Origin: an uncultured Candidatus Saccharibacteria bacterium
Lineage (GTDB): Bacteria; Patescibacteriota; Minisyncoccia; UBA6257; UBA9933
Reading direction: 5' to 3'
NCBI GenBank assembly: GCA_964642155.1
Contig: CAZXNT010000001.1
Location: 131,238-170,226 of the forward strand
DNA: 38,989 nucleotides
Part shown: positions 28,866 through 38,238 of the stretch, piece after piece
How the letters are laid out: every line of letters begins with the position of its first letter
Numbering within the stretch: the stretch's first letter is position 1
Program-made: the position numbers and the translations under genes
Notes under the pieces: generated by a model
Told to the model about the DNA's origin: nothing
The model's database searches: none
What the model saw: only the letters and a program-made list of their open reading frames with translations

Positions 28866-29580
28866 GGCGATAATTTTTTCTTTAATCTTGGCGGCTGTTT
28901 ATAACAGCCGGTCGTTTTGGTTATTTTTTCTTTTTATCGTTGCCGCGCTTTATTTTTATTTTAATCCGCTCTTTGAGGCGAAAAAATATTTTTCTTCTTT
29001 TTTAATTTTTTTGATTGTCGCGTTGTTGGCGGTTAGTCATTTGCCGGCCATTGCCGGCAAGTGGAATTTTTTCGCGGCGGCCCTGTTCGGACTGTTTTTT
29101 TTCATTTTATTGGGGGTTAAAAATTTAATTTTCATCAATCGTTTGCTTATTTACGAATTTGTGAATAATTTTATTTTTCTCTCTCTTTTTATAACATTTT
29201 TTCTTTTTGATAAATCAAATTGGTTTTTTTTAAAATATTTAATCGTATTCGCGGCGATTTTTTTGCTTTTCCGGACATTTCTTTTTTTACAAGATTCTGA
29301 GCAAGGAATTCAGGCGCCAAGTTTGCCGATTTTGGCGAAAATCAATTTATTCTCGGCGAGTTTGGCGGTTTTAACTTCCCAATTCATATTAATAGCCGCT
29401 TATTTGCCCATTGGATTCTTAAATTTAGCGGCTATTTCATTGGTTGTCGTTTTAGCGCTGAAAGATTTAACGATTTCTCATTTATTCGGCAATCTTAACA
29501 GGTCGGTTATTCTAAAAAATGCGACTATGGTCTTAATTTTCAGCGTTATTATTTTTATCGCTTCTAAATGGCAGCCATAA
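28810..29580 (+). CDS. Hypothetical multi-pass membrane protein
   Basis: About 8 hydrophobic segments; start uncertain, overlaps clpB end. Confidence 0.7.
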   Translation: MLKKLNSASKNPALQSALRAIIFSLILAAVYNSRSFWLFFLFIVAALYFYFNPLFEAKKYFSSFLIFLIVALLAVSHLPAIAGKWNFFAAALFGLFFFILLGVKNLIFINRLLIYEFVNNFIFLSLFITFFLFDKSNWFFLKYLIVFAAIFLLFRTFLFLQDSEQGIQAPSLPILAKINLFSASLAVLTSQFILIAAYLPIGFLNLAAISLVVVLALKDLTISHLFGNLNRSVILKNATMVLIFSVIIFIASKWQP

Positions 29581-29644
29581 CCTGCCCCGCTATGGCGGGG
29601 TGTAACATTTTGGGGTTATTTTCGTTATCTATATTATAGACAGG

Positions 29645-29690
29645 TTATCCACAGCCGAACTGTTGACGCGCATTTGGATAACCGTATAAT
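29645..29690 (+). promoter_or_regulatory. Promoter of the surface-protein gene with DnaA boxes
   Basis: Perfect TTATCCACA 29645-29653; TTGACG-16 bp-TATAAT with TTTGGATAA in the spacer. Confidence 0.6.
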
Positions 29691-29696
29691 AAAATT

Positions 29697-30037
29697 ACAA
29701 TTGAATAGATTTGGAGTGAGGCCAAATCAAAAGTGTTCGCGAATAACGCGAATTTTTAAGCGAATAACGCGAATAATTTATTTTATTAGCATTATTTGAA
29801 TTTAATTCGCATTATTAGCGATTACTCTTGTGGTCTCGCTTCAAAAGCGGATTTTTTTTATCCCGATTAATTTGATACCACGGCTATTCTATCAAGTCGT
29901 CCCTCCCCCATAAGGGGAGAGGTGGTCGATGATTTGTGGAAACAGTCTTCTGAAAATAAACTTAACTAAAAATAAATAATTTGCGAATCTTAATGGCCTC
30001 ACTATTAAGTTCAGTAAATAAAAACTTACAAAAAATA
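29697..30037 (+). promoter_or_regulatory. Long structured 5' leader
   Basis: 15-bp stem 29710-29724/29831-29845 with three G-U pairs; second stem-loop 29888-29940. Confidence 0.55.
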
Positions 30038-33000
30038 ATGAGTATTAAAAAATTTTTCACAGGATTTGCCGCTGTTGCTTTAACAGTAGCGGTAATCGGT
30101 TCCGGCGTTAGCGCCGCAACAACTGAAGAATTACAAGCTCAGATTGCCAGCTTGCTTGCCCAAATTACGGCATTGCAAACTCAATTGTCAGGCACTGCTG
30201 CTCCATCTGCATACAGCTTTTCAACCAATTTAACCATTGGCTCAAAAGGCGACGCAGTAACGAGCTTGCAGAGCTTCTTGGAATCCAAGGCTATGTTGAC
30301 AATGCCGTCAGGCGTTGCCAAAGGTTACTTTGGAAATTTGACAAAATCTTCTTTGGCTAAATATCAGGCTTCAGTCGGAATTTCTCCGGCCGCCGGATAC
30401 TTTGGTCCGAAGTCAAGAGCTTACGTTAATTCTTTGGCTGCTGCTCCGACAACCGGAGGAACAACCACAACCCCGACAGTCCCGACAAGCGGTTTAACGC
30501 TTGCTTTGGCTTCGGATAATCCGGCAGCTGCCGCTATTCCGAAAGGCGCGGCAGGTATTACAGTTTTGAAATTCACCGTTTCAGGAAGCGGTACTCTTGA
30601 TGCTTTGACATTTAAGAGAACCGGAATCGGCGCGACCGCAGATTTTGCGTCAGCCGGTTTCTACATTTATGATGGCGATACTCGCTTGACGAGCGGAAGG
30701 AGTATTAATTCCACTTCTCACGAAGTTTCATTCCTTAATTTGGCTTTGAAAATTGAAGGAGTTAAAACTTTGAAATTGGTGGCTGATATTTCTTCAAGCG
30801 CCACAGCTAGTAATCGCAGCGTCTTTGGATTGGTTTTGGCTGTCGGCACTCCGACACCAACTGGTTCATTGGCGGGTAATGAAATGAGCGTTGGCGGTCA
30901 GCAAGTTGGCGGCGTTACTGCCACCAGCGGCGCGGCTCCGACCAACCCGAAAGTTGGACAGAAAGAAGCTCTCTTGGCTGAATTCAAACTTACGGCCAGT
31001 TCAACAGAAGACGTTAAGGTGATGAGAGTTGCTTTGACCGAAGGCGGTTCAATCGCGAACAGCAATCTTTCTAACTTCACTTTGAAGCAGGGGGGCAATA
31101 CTGTCGCGACCGCTTCCGCTATTGGCGCGAAAGATTTAGTGGTGTTTAGTTTCACCGCCCCGTTCTTACTTGAAAAAGGGCAGGAAAGGACTTTCAGCCT
31201 TTACGGCGACATCAGCGGTTTAACCCGTTCTGATGACACAGTCGTCTTCTATTTTGACAGCAAGTCTGATATTTACGCCATTGGCCAGACCTATGGTTAT
31301 TCGGTTGACCCGGATATCACTGGAATGGACACCACCGGCGAATCGGACACCTTGACTGTTCAGGGAGGCGAAATCACCATTACCTTTAATGGTCCGTTGT
31401 CCGGCGATATCGTTACTAGAGCGCAAGACGCGGTCTTGTATGATTTCACTATTGCTGCCAAAAACAGCGTTGAAATCAGGAACTTGAGATTTAATGTTTC
31501 AAGCACCGGCGCCATCGCCATTTACAACGACTTTAAAGTTTGGGATGCGACTGCCAACAAAGTGTTGACCAGCGCGACCGATGTCACCACCGCTTCTTCA
31601 ACCAATAAGACTTTCACCGACACAATTAATATTGCTGCCGGCGAATCAAAGAGGATGAAAGTAACGGCTGATGTTGATTCAACTGACAGCACTAGCGGTA
31701 CCGTTAAAGTCCACTTGCTCGCTTTCCAGAGCAATGACATCAGAAACCTGGATAACAACACTTATGTTGCAACCAGCGTCATTATTCCTAACAGCACAGT
31801 AAGCGGAAACACTCAGACCGTTAAAGCCGCGACCTTAGACCTTCAATTGTCAGCGTCTCCGACTTCCCAGACTTATGTCCAAGGAACTACCGGCGTTACG
31901 CTCGCGGGTCTTAGTTTTAGGGCGATTTCAGATGACATTAAATTGAGCTCCGTTAAAATTACCGCCACTTCTTCAACCGGAACTTTGACTTCGGGCGAAG
32001 TCCAGAGTCTTGGATTGTATGACGGCAGTATTTTATTGGGGAGCACAAAGTCATTGGATACAACGGCCTTGACTGCCACTTTTGACAATCTCAATTTGAC
32101 GATTGTCAAAGGCGTTACCAAGACTTTGACTCTTAAGGGCAATATTTCCAGCGACGCGACTGACACGGATGTTTACTACTTCTATGTCGCCGCGGTTAGC
32201 AGCAGTAATATTGTCGCTTATGACAAAGACGGCAACAGTGCCACACTTTCCGGCACAGCCGCGAATTCCGGCGCTACTGTTTCACACACCATCACCACAA
32301 CCGGCAATGTAACAGTTGCGGTTGCTCCTGATGATACTGAATCAGAAGCTGGTATTGTTATCGCTGGCACCGAAAGCGTTTTAGCGAAATTCCGTTTCAC
32401 CGCTGCTAATGAGCAGATGACCGTTAATAAACTTCAATTAATAGTTGTTCCGACTTCAAGCGCGACAGCCACTTCAACAGCTTCGTCTGACGAAGTTCCG
32501 ACTGTCAAACTTTACGACGGTTCAACTCAGGTTGGAGCCATTGCTGGTTACACTGTTCAGGCGTCTGGAGATAACGCCGGTATCGCGGTTATTGAAAACC
32601 TCGGCTGGGTTGTTCCTAAGAACGGCAGTAAAGTTTTGACTGTTAAGGGCGTGCTCAACACGATTTCAGGAGGCGCTGATACCGGTTCTTCGGTCTACGT
32701 GAGTGCTCATGCTTCAAACTTTGAAGCGCAAGGCGCGAGCGCTAAAGATACGACTATTACGGCTGCCGTTGGCAACCAGAAAGTTGTGTACAAGACCAAG
32801 CCGACTATCGCTGCTCCAACCGCGGCTTCAGCTAAACTCACTGTCGGACAAATTCCGGTAATGAAGTTTAAGATTAAAGCCGATGGTCCGGAACAGGTTG
32901 CTTTCAAGAAAATCCAATTCAAAGTTTCAATGACTGGCGCTACGATGTCAGCGGTTACCGCTGTTCCGAGCACAACCGGTAATGTTGCTTTGAAAGATGT

Positions 33001-33409
33001 TTCTGCGGGTTCTAACTTGAACATTTCTTCCGCGTTCAGCGCATCTGCCACATCTGGCACTACGCAGAGCACTATTGCAGGAGGAGCTACAGGTTATGTT
33101 TCATTGGTTCTTAACTCCGAACAGGTAATCTCTGCCGGAGCTGAGAAAGAATATGAATTGCAATTAACTTTTGCTGACGTTTCCGGCACTGTCGGAGCCG
33201 CTTCAGTAATTGCCAGCATTCATAGAGGTGAAACTACCCTTGTCAGCGCGACTACCGTGTCTGGCGTGGAAACCGCTACTTTGGATGGCGAACCTTCGTT
33301 TGTTTGGTCTGATTACTCGGTTACGAGTCATGACACAACAACGAGTGATTGGGCGAACGGCGTTCTCGTAAAGATTATGCCGTCCAGCTTGATTACCATC
33401 AGCAACTAA
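30038..33409 (+). CDS. Large secreted Ser/Thr/Ala-rich surface (S-layer-like) protein with peptidoglycan-binding domain
   Basis: Signal peptide, LQAQI coiled coil, L.IGSKG..V..LQ..L..GYFG.LT PG-binding motif, repeated beta-rich domains. Confidence 0.8.
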   Translation: MSIKKFFTGFAAVALTVAVIGSGVSAATTEELQAQIASLLAQITALQTQLSGTAAPSAYSFSTNLTIGSKGDAVTSLQSFLESKAMLTMPSGVAKGYFGNLTKSSLAKYQASVGISPAAGYFGPKSRAYVNSLAAAPTTGGTTTTPTVPTSGLTLALASDNPAAAAIPKGAAGITVLKFTVSGSGTLDALTFKRTGIGATADFASAGFYIYDGDTRLTSGRSINSTSHEVSFLNLALKIEGVKTLKLVADISSSATASNRSVFGLVLAVGTPTPTGSLAGNEMSVGGQQVGGVTATSGAAPTNPKVGQKEALLAEFKLTASSTEDVKVMRVALTEGGSIANSNLSNFTLKQGGNTVATASAIGAKDLVVFSFTAPFLLEKGQERTFSLYGDISGLTRSDDTVVFYFDSKSDIYAIGQTYGYSVDPDITGMDTTGESDTLTVQGGEITITFNGPLSGDIVTRAQDAVLYDFTIAAKNSVEIRNLRFNVSSTGAIAIYNDFKVWDATANKVLTSATDVTTASSTNKTFTDTINIAAGESKRMKVTADVDSTDSTSGTVKVHLLAFQSNDIRNLDNNTYVATSVIIPNSTVSGNTQTVKAATLDLQLSASPTSQTYVQGTTGVTLAGLSFRAISDDIKLSSVKITATSSTGTLTSGEVQSLGLYDGSILLGSTKSLDTTALTATFDNLNLTIVKGVTKTLTLKGNISSDATDTDVYYFYVAAVSSSNIVAYDKDGNSATLSGTAANSGATVSHTITTTGNVTVAVAPDDTESEAGIVIAGTESVLAKFRFTAANEQMTVNKLQLIVVPTSSATATSTASSDEVPTVKLYDGSTQVGAIAGYTVQASGDNAGIAVIENLGWVVPKNGSKVLTVKGVLNTISGGADTGSSVYVSAHASNFEAQGASAKDTTITAAVGNQKVVYKTKPTIAAPTAASAKLTVGQIPVMKFKIKADGPEQVAFKKIQFKVSMTGATMSAVTAVPSTTGNVALKDVSAGSNLNISSAFSASATSGTTQSTIAGGATGYVSLVLNSEQVISAGAEKEYELQLTFADVSGTVGAASVIASIHRGETTLVSATTVSGVETATLDGEPSFVWSDYSVTSHDTTTSDWANGVLVKIMPSSLITISN

Positions 33410-33440
33410 CCGCATTGAGTTTTTCAATAGCTCATAATTG

Positions 33441-33474
33441 AAACAAAAAGGCCCCTTTCGGGGTCTTTTTGTTT
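33441..33474 (+). terminator. Intrinsic terminator
   Basis: AAACAAAAAGGCCCC TTTC GGGGTCTTTTTGTTT. Confidence 0.85.
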
Positions 33475-33494
33475 GTGATATTCTTATAAGACTT

Positions 33495-35789
33495 ATGAGA
33501 CAAATAAGATTTATTATTAAATCACTTTTATTTTTAACCGTCTTAACTCCCCTTATTGTGGTTCAAAAAATTCCCTTTCCTTTTATTATCGGGAAAATGA
33601 TTTTTTTCAGGAGCGTTATTGAAATCGCCCTGATTTTGTTTTTAATTTATTTTTTATGGAGAGGATTTAAGCCTTTAAACTTTAAAACCTTTAAACATTT
33701 AAACTTTCTTTATATTTTTTTAGTTTTATTTTTAATCTCTCTAATTATCAGCACTGTTTTCGCCGTAAATCCTTACCGCGCTTTTTGGGGCGATTTGGAA
33801 AGAGGCGAAGGATTGTTCGGTTTTCTTCATTTTTTCGTGTTTTTAGGAATGTCAGTCGCAATTTTCAGTAAAAAAGATTGGCTTAATTTTTTTAGAATTT
33901 CCCTTGGCGTCGGTTTTATTTTGATTTTTTACGCTTTTTTACAGTATTTTAATGTCCGAAATTTCCCCTTTTTATTCATATCAGAAGGAAGGCCTTTTTC
34001 TTTTATCGGTAATCCGGCTTTTTTGGCAGCTCATATGTTTTTTTTAATGATGTCCGCTGTTGTCGTATTTTTTGAAACCCCAAGGCATTCTTTTCAGCTT
34101 TTAAGCTTTTCAGCTTCTAGACTTTATTTCTGGCGATATTTCTCTTTTTTAATAATAATTTTATCAGCGCTAACAATTTTTCTCACCGCCACCCGTGGGG
34201 CGATTGTCGGTTTGGGAGCCGGTATTTTCGCTTTATTTTTATATGGCATATTTCAAAAACAATCGGCATTGTTGCGTAAATTTTCAATCACGCTAATTTG
34301 TTTTTTAACTATTTTTTCCGGAACTTTTTGGCTTACTCGCGACGCTGAAATTTGGCAAAAAATCCCGGGTTTTAATCGTTTAGCCCAAACAATGGCTTCC
34401 GGCAAAGTTGACGCATCAACGCAATTCCGTTTAATGACATGGCAATTAAGTTTAGAAGCTTTTAAAGAAAAGCCGATTTTCGGCTGGGGAAACGAAAATT
34501 TTCTTGTCGCTTACGAAAAACATTATAATCCGGATTATGCTATTTACGGAGAATCTTGGCTGGACAGAGCGCATAATAAAATTTTTGACGTTCTCGTGAT
34601 GCAGGGAATTTTTGGGTTGTTGGCGTATTTGGGAATTTTCGGCGCTGCTTTTTATTTTTTATTTAAACAAAAATCGCGCGAATCTGCGTTTGTAACGGCA
34701 GCCATAATCGGTTATTTCGTCCAAAATCTTTTTGTAATGGACCAGATTATTTCCGATATTACTTTCTTCGCGATGGTTGGATTTATTATTTCGATTAGTA
34801 AACAGGAACAAGTAATTAGTAAACAGGGAAACAAGGGCGGGAAATTATTCCTAGTTACTAGTTTCTTGTTGCTAATTCCTATCTTCGTTCTTGGTTATTC
34901 CTTGTATTTTTATAATTACATTCCTTATATCCAGGCAAAAATAATAAATGAAGTTAAGGGAATTGAACGCGCGAGTTTAATTGAGAATAAATTAAGGGAA
35001 GCAACCAACATTTATAATTTCAGCCAATTTGATTTGAGGGCTTATATTGTTGATTATTATAATAATCAACAGACATATATTTTTCAGGATGCGTCTTTTA
35101 AACCGCTTTCAGATTTTTTTGTGAGTTTAATTGATGATATTATTAAAAGGGAACCGCACGACGTAAGGATGTTCATTAGAAAATCACAAATGCTTCAAAG
35201 CAAGGCAATTAACGATATGAGTTTATATAAAAAAGCCGAAGATTCAATGAAGCAGGCGATAGAATTGGCGCCCAATCGTCAGGAGTTATATTATAATTTG
35301 GCATTTGTTTTACTTGGCCAGGAAAAATTTCAAGAAGCCGTTGAGGCGAGTATTAAAGCGATTGAATTAAATTCTGACGTGGCGCGCGCTCATTATCATT
35401 TGGCTTTTGTCCTAGCGGTAATCGGTCCGCAAAATGCGGATGAAATTATTGAAGAAATGGAAATTGCCGATAAATTAAGCCCAAATCTTGAAAGTTTAAG
35501 AGCGGGAGACCATAATATTATTGCTTTGATTTACAGTCGGCTGGGTCGTTCCGATAAAGTGGCGGAAATTGTATTAAAAAAAATCAATTTAGGATTGCCC
35601 ACGAAATTTCTTCTTATTTATTATGAGGAGGCCCTAGGTTATTTTGCCGCTATGCGCGATGCCGATAATTTTATAAAAACGGCGAAAGACGTTATAAATT
35701 CAATTTCCGTACTTAAAGACGATATGGATGTTTTAATTGATTTGGCGGAAAAAGGAAACTGGACAATAATTGACAGCCTAGCAAAATAA
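33495..35789 (+). CDS. O-antigen ligase (Wzy_C) family protein with C-terminal TPRs
   Basis: ERGEG, GNP, TRGA, R...W, PIFGWG.ENF, DRAHN; TPR-like tail. Confidence 0.88.
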   Translation: MRQIRFIIKSLLFLTVLTPLIVVQKIPFPFIIGKMIFFRSVIEIALILFLIYFLWRGFKPLNFKTFKHLNFLYIFLVLFLISLIISTVFAVNPYRAFWGDLERGEGLFGFLHFFVFLGMSVAIFSKKDWLNFFRISLGVGFILIFYAFLQYFNVRNFPFLFISEGRPFSFIGNPAFLAAHMFFLMMSAVVVFFETPRHSFQLLSFSASRLYFWRYFSFLIIILSALTIFLTATRGAIVGLGAGIFALFLYGIFQKQSALLRKFSITLICFLTIFSGTFWLTRDAEIWQKIPGFNRLAQTMASGKVDASTQFRLMTWQLSLEAFKEKPIFGWGNENFLVAYEKHYNPDYAIYGESWLDRAHNKIFDVLVMQGIFGLLAYLGIFGAAFYFLFKQKSRESAFVTAAIIGYFVQNLFVMDQIISDITFFAMVGFIISISKQEQVISKQGNKGGKLFLVTSFLLLIPIFVLGYSLYFYNYIPYIQAKIINEVKGIERASLIENKLREATNIYNFSQFDLRAYIVDYYNNQQTYIFQDASFKPLSDFFVSLIDDIIKREPHDVRMFIRKSQMLQSKAINDMSLYKKAEDSMKQAIELAPNRQELYYNLAFVLLGQEKFQEAVEASIKAIELNSDVARAHYHLAFVLAVIGPQNADEIIEEMEIADKLSPNLESLRAGDHNIIALIYSRLGRSDKVAEIVLKKINLGLPTKFLLIYYEEALGYFAAMRDADNFIKTAKDVINSISVLKDDMDVLIDLAEKGNWTIIDSLAK
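34796..34881. repeat. Empty inverted YAGKAAN array pair (5+5 units), in frame
   Basis: TAGTAAA CAGGAAC AAGTAAT TAGTAAA CAGGGAA ... ATTCCTA GTTACTA GTTTCTT GTTGCTA ATTCCTA. Confidence 0.85.
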
Positions 35790-35792
35790 AAT

Positions 35793-37178
35793 ATGTTTTT
35801 AAAATTTTCTAAAATATTACTGTATTTAGTGCCGTTTAGCGCGGTGATTGTTTCGCGTAGCACGCTTTTCCCGTTTATTGTCGGCAAGTATGTTTTTTTC
35901 AGGACAACTGTGGCTTTGGCGGCGATATTTTTTATGTGGAATTGGGCGATAAATAGTAAACAGAAACTAGTAACTAGTAAACAGGAATTAGTAAACAGGA
36001 ATCAAAAATCAGTCCTAGTTACTAGTTACCAGTTCCTAATTACTAATGCTTTAGTCATTGCCGTTTCCATCTTCGCCTTAATCTACATTATTTCCGGGTT
36101 TTTTGGTTATAATCCGTCATTTTCTTTTTGGTCAAATTTTGAACGCGGCGAAGGTGGCTTGCAAATGCTTTTTTTGTTAATTTATTTTCTTTTGCTTACG
36201 GTTATTTTTAAGGATGATGAATCGTGGCAAAAAATGTTGACAGCCGCATCTTGGGCAGCCGCATTAGTGGTTGGCTATGGCGTGGGAGCGATTTTAGGAA
36301 TTGATCGTTTTGTGGGCGAAGGATTTTGCGCCAGATTTGCCGGCTCATTGGGCAACTCGGCTTATCTCGGAACTTATATGTTATTCGCGATTTTTTATGC
36401 CCTTTATATTGCGATACAAAACTTACAAACTTACAAACTTAAGAACTTAAAAACTTTAACGTGGTTTGGCTTGGCGTTTGTTTTCGTGATTTTTTTGTTA
36501 TTAAGCCAGACGCGCGGAGCGTTTCTGGGATTGGGGATAGCAATCATTTTCGGCTTGTTTTATTTATTTTTTAATTTGTCGGTTTCTAAAAAAATAAGAT
36601 TAATTTCTTTATCGCTTGCGGCTATTTTAATTATCAGCGGTTCGCTGGCGATTAAATTTAGAAATTCCATAAATTTATCAATGCCTTTTTGCGGAGAGCA
36701 AGGGACAAGATTACTGGATGTTTCTTTAAGCACACAAAATTTTCAAACCAGACTATGGCTTTGGCAGCAATCAATAATTATTTTTAAGGAAAAACCGGTT
36801 TTCGGCTGGGGAATGGAAAATTTCAACGTAGCGTTTGAAAAGCATTACGACCCGCGCTTTGAAGTTTGGTATGATCGGGCGCATAATATCTTTTTTGATT
36901 ATCTTGTAATGACTGGAATTTTAGGACTATTGAGTTTTGTCGGAATTTTTATTGTTTATTATTGGCAATTCTTTAAGGCACAAAAGTCCATATTAAGTCC
37001 GTATCAGTCCGCGTTATTATTTTCTCTGCCAGTGGCTTATCTTGTCCAAGGATTGGTTCTCTTTGACGTTTTGCCGATATATATAAACCTATTTTTATTC
37101 CTCGCATTCGCGAATTATATATTTAGTAAACAGGAACTAGTAAACAGTAAACAGGAATTAGGAAGCAGTAAACAATAA
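35793..37178 (+). CDS. O-antigen ligase family paralog, N-terminal membrane part
   Basis: ERGEG, GNS, TRGA, PVFGWG.ENF, DRAHN; stops within the 7-bp array. Confidence 0.88.
   Translation: MFLKFSKILLYLVPFSAVIVSRSTLFPFIVGKYVFFRTTVALAAIFFMWNWAINSKQKLVTSKQELVNRNQKSVLVTSYQFLITNALVIAVSIFALIYIISGFFGYNPSFSFWSNFERGEGGLQMLFLLIYFLLLTVIFKDDESWQKMLTAASWAAALVVGYGVGAILGIDRFVGEGFCARFAGSLGNSAYLGTYMLFAIFYALYIAIQNLQTYKLKNLKTLTWFGLAFVFVIFLLLSQTRGAFLGLGIAIIFGLFYLFFNLSVSKKIRLISLSLAAILIISGSLAIKFRNSINLSMPFCGEQGTRLLDVSLSTQNFQTRLWLWQQSIIIFKEKPVFGWGMENFNVAFEKHYDPRFEVWYDRAHNIFFDYLVMTGILGLLSFVGIFIVYYWQFFKAQKSILSPYQSALLFSLPVAYLVQGLVLFDVLPIYINLFLFLAFANYIFSKQELVNSKQELGSSKQ
35954..36045. repeat. Empty inverted YAGKAAN array pair (7+5 units), in frame
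   Basis: Encodes SKQKLVTSKQELVNRNQKSVLVTSYQFLIT. Confidence 0.9.
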
Positions 37179-37626
37179 ACAGGAAACAGGAACTAGAAAT
37201 ATGAAAACTGAAGTTAAAAATTTTTACGATTTAAAAGTATGGCAAGACACTCATAAAGTTGTTCTTGAAATTTATAAAATTACCAAAGATTTTCCAAAAG
37301 AAGAGCAATTTGGTTTAATAAGTCAGATGCGACGCGCAGCGTCATCAATTGCCGCGAATATCGCCGAGGGATTTGGAAGATTTCATTATAAAGATAAAAT
37401 TAGGTTTTATCAGCAAGCAAGAGGTTCAGCTGTTGAATTTCAAAATCATATATTTTTATCGCAAGATCTTGGTTATTTAACAAAGCAGAAAGCCCGTGAT
37501 TTATTTCAACAAATCGATGTTGTATTAAAAGAATTAAACGGTTTAATAAATTCAATAAATAAACAATTAAATTTATAGTTTTTAGTTTTTAATTCCTATT
37601 TACTAATTACTAGTTTCTAGTTACTA
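37124..37626 (+). mobile_element. Four-helix-bundle gene cassette between inverted 7-bp arrays
   Basis: 11 phased YAGKAAN units (37124-37200) end at the ATG; 7 complementary units (37578-37626) start at the stop; mobility is inferred. Confidence 0.6.
37201..37578 (+). CDS. Four helix bundle protein (23S-IVS protein / Avd-like fold)
   Basis: F.DL.VWQ, FPKEEQFGL.SQMRRAA.SI.ANIAEG, ARGS..E, DLGY. Confidence 0.93.
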   Translation: MKTEVKNFYDLKVWQDTHKVVLEIYKITKDFPKEEQFGLISQMRRAASSIAANIAEGFGRFHYKDKIRFYQQARGSAVEFQNHIFLSQDLGYLTKQKARDLFQQIDVVLKELNGLINSINKQLNL

Positions 37627-37635
37627 ATAATAAAT

Positions 37636-38238
37636 ATGTCTAAAGATTTTAAAATAATCATTGCTTTTACATCAACCATCTTATTGTTGGTGCTTGTCTA
37701 TTTTGGCGCTTTTTTGCCTCTTAAAAAATCCCAATCATACATTAATGCTGTTAAGGGTTCGTCGCAAGTCAGGTCGGTGCAGGAGTTTAATAAGTTATTC
37801 GGCAAAGCTTTGGATTTTTATTCGCCAGTCGGGCATGGCGAAGTTGTTTATGCTTATTTGAATATATTGATTAATATCGCGCAAAACCAGCAAAACAAGG
37901 AAATTATCGATATTTTATTAAAAGAAGCCGACAAGCAAATGGAGCCGATTTTAGAACAAGATAAGGGAAACGCTTTTTTTCAAAGTTTGCAAAGTTATGC
38001 TTTGCTTTACGAATTGGCGGGCAATAAATTTCAGGATATGGCTTATTATCAAAAAGCCGCCGGTATTTATGAAATCGCGCTAAAACACAGCCCGGGCCGG
38101 CAAAATTTGCTTTACGGTTTGTTTAGGTCTTATAATGTTTTGGGTAATAAAGAAAAAATCAAAGAAACAGCGGAGATTATCAATAAATATTGGCCGGAAA
38201 GTAAAAGCGCGTTGCAACAATATGAACTATCGCGATAA
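37636..38238 (+). CDS. TM + TPR-like protein, probable detached C-terminal part of the ligase paralog
   Basis: Matches layout of paralog 1 tail: TM then LPLKKSQ vs IPYIQAK; ALKHSPGRQNLLYGL vs AIELAPNRQELYYNL. Confidence 0.7.
   Translation: MSKDFKIIIAFTSTILLLVLVYFGAFLPLKKSQSYINAVKGSSQVRSVQEFNKLFGKALDFYSPVGHGEVVYAYLNILINIAQNQQNKEIIDILLKEADKQMEPILEQDKGNAFFQSLQSYALLYELAGNKFQDMAYYQKAAGIYEIALKHSPGRQNLLYGLFRSYNVLGNKEKIKETAEIINKYWPESKSALQQYELSR

Noticed and set aside
30898-33427. Antisense ORFs in the surface-protein gene (likewise in copA, ftsK, recA, clpB)
   Set aside because: Shadow frames of well-supported genes with no motifs
37124-37200. CRISPR array
   Set aside because: 7-bp tandem units with no unique spacers; no cas genes seen
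14811-37578. Complete DGR (target plus Avd-like gene)
   Set aside because: No reverse transcriptase or template repeat found; the two genes are 22 kb apart
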